Shown piece after piece: positions 9,477 through 17,961 of a DNA stretch of 18,128 nt. This DNA comes from Prasinococcaceae sp. CCMP 1430. Its lineage: Eukaryota > Plantae > Prasinodermophyta. The position numbers and the translations under genes are program-made. The first letter of the stretch is position 1. The number at the start of each line of letters is the position of its first letter. Location of the stretch: NCBI GenBank assembly GCA_013416795.1, contig RQSC01000024.1, positions 1 through 18,128 on the forward strand, written 5' to 3'. Below the pieces are notes generated by a model, which saw nothing but the letters and a program-made list of their open reading frames with translations, was not told the DNA's origin and made no database searches.

Positions 9477-9586
9477 GTGCGTGCGCGGGCGCGCGCGGGC
9501 GTACGCGCGTCGTCGGCTGCGCACACGCACTCAATAGCGCGGGCCTCCCCTCATACACACGCACGCACGCGCACTGCTACGCAAGC

Positions 9587-9721
9587 GCACACACACACAC
9601 ACGCACACACGCACACACTCTCTCACACACACTCTTACACACGTGCGCACACACACACACACACTCACTCGCATGTGCGCTCGCTTACACACACACACAC
9701 ACACACACGCACACACACACG

Positions 9722-9752
<31 letters not shown>

Positions 9753-9762
9753 GCACACACGC

Positions 9763-9800
<38 letters not shown>
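9587..9800. repeat. compound (CA)n microsatellite
   Basis: Direct reading of the sequence. Confidence 0.95.
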
Positions 9801-10726
9801 NNNNNNNNNNNNNNNNNNNNNNNNNNNNNNNNNNNNNNNNNNNNNNNNNNNNNNNNNNNNNNNNNNNNNNNNNNNNNNNNNNNNNNNNNNNNNNNNNNNN
9901 NNNNNNNNNNNNNNNNNNNNNNNNNNNNNNNNNNNNNNNNNNNNNNNNNNNNNNNNNNNNNNNNNNNNNNNNNNNNNNNNNNNNNNNNNNNNNNNNNNNN
10001 NNNNNNNNNNNNNNNNNNNNNNNNNNNNNNNNNNNNNNNNNNNNNNNNNNNNNNNNNNNNNNNNNNNNNNNNNNNNNNNNNNNNNNNNNNNNNNNNNNNN
10101 NNNNNNNNNNNNNNNNNNNNNNNNNNNNNNNNNNNNNNNNNNNNNNNNNNNNNNNNNNNNNNNNNNNNNNNNNNNNNNNNNNNNNNNNNNNNNNNNNNNN
10201 NNNNNNNNNNNNNNNNNNNNNNNNNNNNNNNNNNNNNNNNNNNNNNNNNNNNNNNNNNNNNNNNNNNNNNNNNNNNNNNNNNNNNNNNNNNNNNNNNNNN
10301 NNNNNNNNNNNNNNNNNNNNNNNNNNNNNNNNNNNNNNNNNNNNNNNNNNNNNNNNNNNNNNNNNNNNNNNNNNNNNNNNNNNNNNNNNNNNNNNNNNNN
10401 NNNNNNNNNNNNNNNNNNNNNNNNNNNNNNNNNNNNNNNNNNNNNNNNNNNNNNNNNNNNNNNNNNNNNNNNNNNNNNNNNNNNNNNNNNNNNNNNNNNN
10501 NNNNNNNNNNNNNNNNNNNNNNNNNNNNNNNNNNNNNNNNNNNNNNNNNNNNNNNNNNNNNNNNNNNNNNNNNNNNNNNNNNNNNNNNNNNNNNNNNNNN
10601 NNNNNNNNNNNNNNNNNNNNNNNNNNNNNNNNNNNNNNNNNNNNNNNNNNNNNNNNNNNNNNNNNNNNNNNNNNNNNNNNNNNNNNNNNNNNNNNNNNNN
10701 NNNNNNNNNNNNNNNNNNNNNNNNNN
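9801..10726. other. assembly gap (926 N)
   Basis: Run of N flanked by (CA)n on the left and (TG)n on the right. Confidence 1.
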
Positions 10727-10818
<92 letters not shown>

Positions 10819-10882
10819 GTGTGTGCTCGCGCGCATGTACGTGTGTGTGTGTGTGTGCGTGTGTGTGTGTGTGCGTGTGTGT
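10727..10882. repeat. (TG)n microsatellite (intronic)
   Basis: Direct reading; followed by a GCTGAC branch site (~10933) and the acceptor at 10988. Confidence 0.95.
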
Positions 10883-10988
10883 ATGCGTGCATGCGCTCGC
10901 GCGCGCGCAGCGACGACGGAGTGCGCCGCCGCGGCTGACGTCGGCATGCTCCCACGCGCGCGCGCCCCTGCTGCGCGTGCTCAACAAG

Positions 10989-11481
10989 GTTCGAGCGCGA
11001 CTCGGGCAACGCGCAGGACCTCCGCTGGCTGCGCAAGGTGCGCTCCTCCGGCACGAGCGCCGACCGCGTGGCGGCGGCGACGCTGCTGGTGCAGCAGTCC
11101 CCCGCGGCCAACCTGGCGCAGCTGGACGCGCTGCTGGGCATGGTGAGCGGCAAGGGCCACCGCGACACGGCGGCGGCCGTCGACGCGCTGCGCGAGCTCT
11201 TCGCGACGGCGCTGCTGCCCGACGACCGCACGCTGCGCCCGCTCGCCGCCAACGACCTCGAGGCGGCGCTGGCGGAGCTCGAGGCCGCCAAGGCCAAGGG
11301 CGTGGGCGCCGCCGAGCGCGCGAGGGAGAGGCTGGCGCTGTGGCGCCTCGAGGACGCGCTGCGCTCGCGCTACGCGCGGCTGGTGGCGGGCCTCGGCGAG
11401 CTCTCCACCGCGCAGCTGCCCTTCCTCAAGGAGCGCGCGCTGCGGGCGGCCCACGCGCTGCTGCTGCGCAAGCCCGAGCAG
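10989..11481 (+). CDS. CEBPZ: CEBPZ/Mak21/Noc1 exon
   Basis: The first AG after the GCTGAC branch site is at 10987-10988. WLRKVRSSGTSADRVAAATLLVQQSP...LDALLGMV...LLPDDRTL...LWRLEDALRSRY...LLLRKPEQ matches the conserved Noc1 N-terminal block. Donor CAG|GTGCGT. Confidence 0.92.
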
Positions 11482-11557
11482 GTGCGTCCGTCGGCGGCGC
11501 GCCCGCGCGCGCCGCGGCCAGTGCGAACGAGCGCGGCTCGGCACACACACACGCGCG

Positions 11558-11610
<53 letters not shown>

Positions 11611-11739
11611 GCGCACCGTACCATCGACGACCCCGACAGAGCAGCCTCGCGCGCGCACGAGCGCGTCGCCCGCGTCGCGCGCGCTCGGAGCCCGTGCTGA
11701 CGGCGCCCGTCGCATGTTTCCGCGATGCGGCGCGCGCAG
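11482..11739 (+). other. spliceosomal intron (258 nt) containing (CA)n
   Basis: GTGCGT donor, GCTGAC branch site ~11696-11701, GCGCAG acceptor. Removal gives RKPEQ|ERALLKLLVNKLGDP, the conserved Noc1 motif. Confidence 0.92.
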
Positions 11740-14037
11740 GAGCGCGCCCTGCTGAAGCTGCTGGTGAACAAGCTGGGCGACCCCGAGCGCAAGGTGGCCT
11801 CCAAGGCGGGCTACCTGCTGCACGGCCTGCTGGAGGAGCACCCGAACATGGCGCACGCCGTGGTGCTCGAGGTGGAGAACTTCTGCTTCAGGCCGGGCAT
11901 CTCGGCGCGCGCGCAGTACTACGCGGCGGTCTTCCTCAACCAGCTGGTGCTCACGCACAGGGGCGACGGCCCGCAGGTGGCGGCGCGACTCGTGAGGCTG
12001 TACTTCGCGCTCTTCTCCAGGCAGCTCGAGCGCGCCGGCAGCGACGCCAAGGAGCGCGCCGAGAAGGCCGCGAAGAAGACCGGGGAGAAGGCGCGCAAGG
12101 CGCGCGCGCGGGGGAAGAGAGCGCCGCGGCGCGCGACGGAGAACGCCAAGGAGCGCGCCAAGGAGGCCGCGGCGCCCCTGGAGGCCGCCGTGGACGCGCG
12201 CGTGCTCACCGCTCTGCTCACCGGCGTCAACCGCGCCTTCCCGTACGTGGAGGAGGCCGAGGCCGAGGCGCTCATCGAGGAGCACTCGCCCACGCTGTTC
12301 AAGCTGGCGCACTCGGCGAGCTTCGGCGCGGTCACGCAGGCGCTCGCGCTGCTCTACAAGCTCATGGAGGCGCGCTCGGCGGTGTCGGACAGGTTCTACC
12401 GCGCGCTGTACGCCGCGCTCGCCGCGCCGGCGCTCTCCTCCAGCGTCAAGGCGCCGCTCTTCCTCGCGCTGCTGCTGCGCGCGTGCGCCGCGGACGTGTC
12501 GCACGCGCGCACGGCGGCCTTCGCCAAGCGCTTGCTGCAGGTGGCCGCCGCCGCGCGCCCCGAGTTCACCTGCGGCTGCCTCCTGGTCCTCAGTGCCCTG
12601 CTGCAGAAGCGCCCCGCGCTGTGGACCGCCGTGCTGCAGAGCGAAGTGATGGAGGGCGACGAGGAGGAGCGATTCGCCGACGAGGACGACGAGGACGAGG
12701 AGGGGGACAAGGGCAAGAAAGGGGGATACGACAGCGACGGCAGCGACGGCAGCGGCGGCGACGCGAAGGACCCGGCGGACGCCGCGAACGCCGGCGCCGA
12801 CGCCGGCGCGCCGTCGGGCGCCGTCGTCCCGCGGGGGTCCGCGGGCGAGGGCGGCGAGGCGGAGAGAGACGCGGGCTACGACGCCTCGAAGCGCGAGCCG
12901 CTGTTCGCGCGCGCCGCCGGCGCGTGCGCGTGGGAACTCGCCGCGCTCTCGCGGCACGTGCACCCGAGCGTTGCGGCGATGGCGCGCACGCTGCTCGCTG
13001 GCGCGCCCATCTCGTACTCGGGCGACCCCATCGTCGACCTGAGCCTGGCGCCCTTCCTGGACAAGTGGCTGCACAAGGCGCCGCGGCTGCAGCGCGAGGG
13101 GCGCAGGCGCTTCCGCGGCGCCTCGCTCATGCAGCGCGTGACGGGCGCGGGCGACGGCGGCGGCGAGGGGGACGAGGGGGCTGGGGGTGACAAGAGGCGC
13201 GCCTTCGGCGGCGGCGTGTCGGCCGCTGACGGCGTGGAGGCGCTCGCGGCGGCCGCGCCCGAGGACGTCCTGCCCTCGGACCGCTTCTTCGCGCGCTTCA
13301 TCCAGCTCAAGCGCGGCGGGCAGCAGCAGGCGGCCGCGCGCAAGGCGCGCGTGCAAGCCGAGCTCGAGGAGCGCCAGAGGCGCGAGGACGGCGCCGAGGA
13401 CGGCCACGACGACTTCGCGCGCGATGGCAGCGACGATGACAGCGACGACAGCGACGAGGACGGTGACGTGGCCGTCGGCAGCGACGACAGCGACGACGAC
13501 GACGACGACGACGGCGTAGCGGTCGGCGCCGAGAGCGATGACGAGGATGACTACGACGTCGCAGAGGAGGAGGACGTCGAGAATGATTCCGAGGGCGGTG
13601 GCGATGGCGGCAGCGACTCCGAGTATGACGACGACGCCCTGCGCGCGGCCATCGAGATGGACGAGGACGCCATCGACGCGGGCGAGCAGGGCGACGGCTC
13701 CGACCTCAGCGACGTGGAGGACGACAGCGGCGCGGACTCGGACGCGGCGGAGGGGGACAGCGACGGCGAGGAGGACTCGGACTCGGACGGGGACGAGCCT
13801 TGGCTCTTCGGCGGCGAAGACAGCAGCGACGGGGACGGCGACGGCGCGTCGAGCGAGGACGACGCGAGCGCCGAGGGAGCCAAGGGCGGCAAGCGCGCGC
13901 GCGGCTCGAACCCGTTCGCGAGCGCTGACGACTACATGGAGGCCATCGAGGCGGACGAGTACATCGGCAAGGCCAAGGGCGGCGGCAAGGGCGGCGGCAA
14001 GAAGGGCGGCAAGCCCGCCAAGCGCGCGCGCAGGTGA
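11740..14037 (+). CDS. CEBPZ: CEBPZ/Mak21/Noc1 last exon (CBF/Mak21 domain, acidic C-terminal tract, basic tail)
   Basis: LVNKLGDPERKVASKA, HPNM, QYYAAVFLNQ, ALLTGVNRAFPY, DRFYRALY, AFAKRLLQ, YDASKREPLFA, HVHPSVA, YSGDPIVDLSLAPFLDKW, NPFASADDY are hallmark motifs of the family. Stop TGA 14035-14037. Confidence 0.95.
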   Translation, partial: ERALLKLLVNKLGDPERKVASKAGYLLHGLLEEHPNMAHAVVLEVENFCFRPGISARAQYYAAVFLNQLVLTHRGDGPQVAARLVRLYFALFSRQLERAGSDAKERAEKAAKKTGEKARKARARGKRAPRRATENAKERAKEAAAPLEAAVDARVLTALLTGVNRAFPYVEEAEAEALIEEHSPTLFKLAHSASFGAVTQALALLYKLMEARSAVSDRFYRALYAALAAPALSSSVKAPLFLALLLRACAADVSHARTAAFAKRLLQVAAAARPEFTCGCLLVLSALLQKRPALWTAVLQSEVMEGDEEERFADEDDEDEEGDKGKKGGYDSDGSDGSGGDAKDPADAANAGADAGAPSGAVVPRGSAGEGGEAERDAGYDASKREPLFARAAGACAWELAALSRHVHPSVAAMARTLLAGAPISYSGDPIVDLSLAPFLDKWLHKAPRLQREGRRRFRGASLMQRVTGAGDGGGEGDEGAGGDKRRAFGGGVSAADGVEALAAAAPEDVLPSDRFFARFIQLKRGGQQQAAARKARVQAELEERQRREDGAEDGHDDFARDGSDDDSDDSDEDGDVAVGSDDSDDDDDDDGVAVGAESDDEDDYDVAEEEDVENDSEGGGDGGSDSEYDDDALRAAIEMDEDAIDAGEQGDGSDLSDVEDDSGADSDAAEGDSDGEEDSDSDGDEPWLFGGEDSSDGDGDGASSEDDASAEGAKGGKRARGSNPFASADDYMEAIEADEYIGKAKGGGKGGGKKGGKPAKRARR

Positions 14038-14415
14038 TGGCCGGCGCCGCTCGTTCACCGCTCCTCCGTAATGCGTGTGCACTCGACGCACCACACGCAC
14101 GCACACGCGCTCATGCCGCGTTCGCGGGCGCGCTCGCGCGCGCCGCCGTGCGCCCACTCGTGCGTTGCCGCGGCAGCGTGCCACACGTCGCGGCGCCCCC
14201 GGGCGGTGGCCTGCCACGCCACATCGCCGCCGCCTCTGGCGGCGGCGCGGCAGCGGCATAGGACGTGCGAGCAAGGTGGGAGGGGGCGTTAGGGGGGGGT
14301 CCTCGGGTCGCGCGCGCGCGTCCCGCCGCCGACGCAACTCGCCGCCGGTGCTGACGCCCCCGGGCCTTGACCCTCCTCCTCTCCCTTCGCGTGACTCGGC
14401 GTGGAACTCCTGCAG

Positions 14416-14566
14416 AGGCGCGCAAGCAAAAGATGTCGGAAATTGACGAGGACATCAGCGAAGCAGAGTCGCTCATCCGCCGCATGGATCTCGAGGCGCG
14501 CACGACGACGCCGGACACCAAGACGGTGCTGCTCGGCAGGCTGCGCGACTACAAGGCGGACCTGAA
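14416..14566 (+). CDS. VTI1: single exon of a VTI1-type Qb-SNARE (N-terminal helical domain), truncated at an N
   Basis: After the CTGCAG acceptor: EARKQKMSEIDEDISEAESLIRRMDLEARTTTPDTKTVLLGRLRDYKADL, matching the recalled plant VTI1 KQKLSEI...AE.LIRKMDLEAR...KLREYKSDL segment. Confidence 0.8.
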
Positions 14567-14567
14567 N
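14567..14567. other. single N: probable scaffold gap of unknown size
   Basis: The VTI1 frame stops mid-domain at the N and an unrelated methyltransferase begins mid-domain, in another frame, immediately after it. Confidence 0.8.
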
Positions 14568-16421
14568 GGTGGTGCGCTGCGGCGACGGCCTCGCCGAGGC
14601 CGCCGCCGAGCGGTACGACGCCATCCACGTGGGGGCCGCCGCCGACGGCGGCGTCCCGGAGCCGCTGCTGGCGCTGCTGGCACCGGGAGGGCGCATGCTG
14701 GTGCCGGTGGGCGGCGGCACGCAGCAGGCGTGGCTGTGCGTCGACAGGGCAGCGGAGGCCGACGGCGCCGGCGTCAGCGCGCACGTCGTCACGCGCGTGC
14801 GCTACGTGCCCCTGCTGCCGGGCGTGGCCCAACAAGCGCGAAAGGACGGCGCAGCGGAAGGTTGGAGGCGGCGGCGGGGGCGGCGACGGGTGCGGGGGCG
14901 AGGCGAGGCGTCCGCTGGCGCGGAGGTCGGCGCCAACGCCGCGTCGGCACAGCGGCCCAGGGCCGGGCACGGCCGCGACGTCGTTGCCGGCCGCGTGGAC
15001 TACGACGCGCGCTACGCGCGAGGGTGGGCGTACGGGCGGGCGCCCAGCGCGCGCGTCGGCGCGTTCGCGCGAGGGGCGTCGGGCGAGCGGCTCGCGGCGC
15101 GCGGAGGGGCGGCGCTCGTGCTCGGGGCGGGCCAGGGGCGCAACGCCGTCTGCCTCGCCGAGGCCGGTTGGCAGACGGTGATCGCAGTGGACAGCTCATC
15201 AGTCGGCCTGGCCAAGTGCGAGGCGCTGGCGGCGCAGCGCGGCGTGTCCGAGCGCGTGGTGTGCGTACGGCACGACCTGCGCGCCGGGCTGCCCCCCGCC
15301 CACGCGCATGCGCGCTGCGCGGAGTGCTACGACGCGGTCGTGAGCGCGTTCTTCGCGCTGCCGCGGCGGGCCCGCGCGGCGCTGCACGCCGAGTGCAGCG
15401 CCGCCCTGGCCGACGGAGGGGCGTTCGTGTACGAGAACTTCTCGGCGGCGCACGCCGGGACGAGCGGGCCCCCGCGCGCCTGGCTGCCGACGCGCGAGGA
15501 GCTTGCCGCGGAGCTGCCGGGCGTCGCGTTCGAAGCCGGCGAGGACGTCTCTGAGCGCCTGGAGGAGGGTCGGTTCCACCACTGCGACGCCACGCTCACG
15601 CGCGTCGTGGGCGCCAAGCGCAGCGTTCGTGCCGTCGGCCGCGCGGGTGGCAATGGCGCAGCGCCCGCAGGGCTCGTCGCGGACGTCGATGCGGTGTTCG
15701 CCGAACACGCCGACTACAGCGCGAGCCTGCAGGCGAAAGCCGCGCGTGGGACCGTATGCGATGAGGAGGACGGCGTCGCCGCCACCGATGCCTTGCTGGA
15801 GCGCGCGCCTGACATCGTCGCTGTGGCGTGCCACGAGGCGACGCGCGCAAGCGTGTGCAGGTACTGCTGGATGCGCCCGCCCTGCGTGTGTCAGCGAGTC
15901 GCAGACGCGGCGCGCGCGGCGGCTGCAGCTGACGATGGCACGGGCGCCGCCGGAACGCCTCGCGAGATTCGCTGGGTGATCGCCACCCATGCGTGCGAGT
16001 TCCTGCGCTCAACGGCCAGTGCGCGCACGGCATCGTGCGCACTGGAGGCCCTGTGCGAGACAACGCTCGAGCGCGCGGAGGGGCGCGCGTGCACGCTCGC
16101 TGTGGTAGGGGGGTCGACGGCAGGGGACGCGGCGCTCGCCGAGGCACTCTCGCAGTGTCCCGAGGGGGCTGAAGGCGGTGCACCCGTGTGCGTGCTGTAC
16201 CCGAACGCGCCTGGTGGGCGGCAGTGCGTGTCTGTGCGCGAGGCGCTCGCGGCCTGCACGCGCGGGCGTGGCGTCGGCACGGCTTCGGCCACCGCAGAGG
16301 CGCTGACCGTCATCGTCCCCGATGGTTCGAGCGACAACGCCGCTGCTCTCGTCGACGAAATCGAGCGCCGGTGTCCAGGACGGCTGTCTTACGTCGCGTT
16401 GGACCCAGCGGAGGTCGCCAG
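14568..16421 (+). CDS. 5'-partial exon: PIMT/PCMT C-terminal half (14569-14820) + class I SAM methyltransferase (~15001-15621) + DTW domain N-terminal part (~15856-16421)
   Basis: GDG...YDAIHVGAAA..VPEPLL..LAPGGRMLVPVG...VRYVPL (PIMT); YDARY...AYGRAP...LVLGAGQGRNAVCLA...VIAVDSSSVGLAK...GGAFVYENF...EGRFH (methyltransferase); CRYCWMRPPCVC...THACEFLRST...VLYP...VIVPDGSS (DTW). One stop-free frame, ending at an AG|GTGCGT donor. Confidence 0.8.
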
Positions 16422-16539
16422 GTGCGTCACAGTCGCAGCGGCAGCGCCCCAGCCACGCGTTCATCCCCCGCCGCGCTCTCGCCGCCGATGCGCGCGCGTC
16501 AGTCCACGCGTGCGGCGCTGACGTCGCTTCGCCGCGCAG
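16422..16539 (+). other. spliceosomal intron (118 nt)
   Basis: GTGCGT donor, GCTGAC branch site 16517-16522, GCGCAG acceptor; phase 2 on both sides (AG|G = Arg). Confidence 0.85.
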
Positions 16540-16925
16540 GTCCCACTCTCCGCTGCTGAGCGCGCTCCATCCCGGTGCGGGGCGCGGGCGCCTGAGCACC
16601 CTGGAGGCCGTCGCCGCGTTCCACGGCGAGGCGGGGCTCCGCGCGCACGAGCGGGCACTGCGGGCCGCGCTCGGCGTGCTCACCGCGCGCGTCGCGGCGG
16701 ACCGCGAGGCGGCCAGTCCCTCCCATGCTGAGGACGGTGGCGAGCGGGACGCCCCGCCTGAGTGGGTGGGCGCCATCCGTGAGGCGGCCGCGCGCGCGTG
16801 CGCGCGTGCGGCCTNNNNNNNNNNNNNNNNNNNNNNNNNNNNNNNNNNNNNNNNNNNNNNNNNNNNNNNNNNNNNNNNNNNNNNGGGACGCGGGCGCGCA
16901 CGAGGCCAAGGGGCTGCGCTGGTGA
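16540..16925 (+). CDS. last exon of the fusion gene: DTW C-terminal motif and extension, interrupted by a gap
   Basis: SHSPLLSALHPGAGRGRLSTLEAVAAF matches the DTW (L/M)STxEA motif. After the 70-N gap, DAGAHEAKGLRW-TGA (16923-16925) is the likely end; the frame across the gap cannot be verified. Confidence 0.65.
16815..16884. other. assembly gap (70 N)
   Basis: Run of N. Confidence 1.
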
Positions 16926-16962
16926 CGCGCGCGAGGCCAGGGGGCTGCGCTGGTGACGCGCG
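16901..16962. repeat. 31-bp tandem duplication (two copies, one mismatch) spanning the probable stop codon
   Basis: CGAGGCCA(A/G)GGGGCTGCGCTGGTGACGCGCG at 16901 and 16932. Confidence 0.9.
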
Positions 16963-17505
16963 CGCGGACGGCGCGCTGGCTGGCTGCGCGCTGGCGTCGG
17001 CGCGGCACGTGTGTATGAAATATGAAATGTACTATTCCGTGCCCGTGGGTCATTGTGATGTGTGAAATGATGAGTGATGTGGTGAGGAAAAAGGAAGCAT
17101 ATCAGAACGCATTGAGAGCCGGGGCGCGCGCGCACGGCGGAGCGGAAGGCTCCTCGTGGCGATCGTCGCGGTCACGAACGAGCATACATGTAAGGGGTGC
17201 GGACGCGCGCCACGGCGTGTCCAAAACGACGGAACGGAAACCTAAATTGCGTGTTGACCGTTGGTGGCTCGCGTGCGGCCTGCAGCGCCCGGGGACGCGT
17301 TTCCGAGTAAAAAGCGACGGCAATATGTGTGCTCTCTCTCTCTCTCTCGGCATGCCCGTACGACTGATGCCATCGGCATAGCGTGTCGACACGAGCGATG
17401 GCCCCCTGAGATCATCAGAGGCGGTCCACTGCGCTTAGCAACGGGCGTGCTAGGATCCGCACCCCGTGCAAAACCGCGGCCAGGGCGCGCCGCCCACCAA
17501 CGATA

Positions 17506-17949
17506 CTATGTAGCACGTGAGCTACGTATCATCACAGTCACCATTCTCAAGGCTTGCGCTGCGAGTTGATCAAAGCAATCATTGTCGCGCACGACATCCC
17601 GACGCTTGGTAGAGGTCCGACCACTGAACACGGTCAAGCTCTTTGTTCAGTTTCCCTCCCTTGTTCTTCACAAGCAGCGTCATGACGACCTTGGCATGTC
17701 CATGTGGAGTTCCGTCTACGTGTTGAGGAGCAAGGAGAGCCGCGTCTCCGTCCAATCAGCCATCTTCATCCGCCGTCCCATCTCGCGCACGTAGCGCTCC
17801 CTGTACACGAGGTGGGCATTCTTCGGCATGCCCAGTTGTCGCTAGTAGCGCACGCCGCGGTTGTCGGCGGAGTAGGTGGCGTTAGAGGAGCAGGGCGCGG
17901 AGATTCAGGCGCTACACCCAATAAGGCCGTCCGGCGCCCAATGGTGCAT
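17506..17949 (-). pseudogene. possible decayed coding remnant of unknown origin
   Basis: Protein-like segments (LGMPKNAHLVYRERYVREMGRRMKMADWTETRLSLLLNT; HAKVVMTLLVKNKGGKLNKELDRVQWSDLYQ; DVVRDNDCFDQLAAQALRMV) are separated by in-frame stops at 17907, 17844 and 17718 and by two frame changes. GC content is lower than in the host genes. No family recognised. Confidence 0.3.
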
Positions 17950-17961
17950 GTAGCCTCCGGC

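Noticed and set aside
11725-11739. ATG 11725 as the CEBPZ start (likewise GTG 626 and GTG 14569 as starts)
   Set aside because: 11725 lies in an intron, 626 is inside a spliced exon, and 14569 follows a gap in the middle of a domain.
3441-13190. Very long ORFs containing X runs and [18 protein letters not shown] tracts
   Set aside because: They are translations of N gaps and (TG)n/(CA)n/(GC)n microsatellites, not proteins.
233-14337. Long antisense or off-frame ORFs overlapping the real genes (e.g. 233-1513, 472-2331, 3540-6896, 10981-14337)
   Set aside because: Expected shadows in very GC-rich DNA, where stops are rare; R/A/G/P-rich with no recognisable motifs.
14416-14820. Apparent VTI1-PIMT fusion (ORF 14367-15554)
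   Set aside because: The junction is exactly a single N, both domains are cut mid-fold, and they lie in different frames; best explained as a scaffold gap.
17716-17907. Stop-codon reassignment to explain in-frame TAG/TGA in the remnant
   Set aside because: Host genes in this window end in TAG (2201, 2410) and TGA (14035), and the remnant also has frameshifts.
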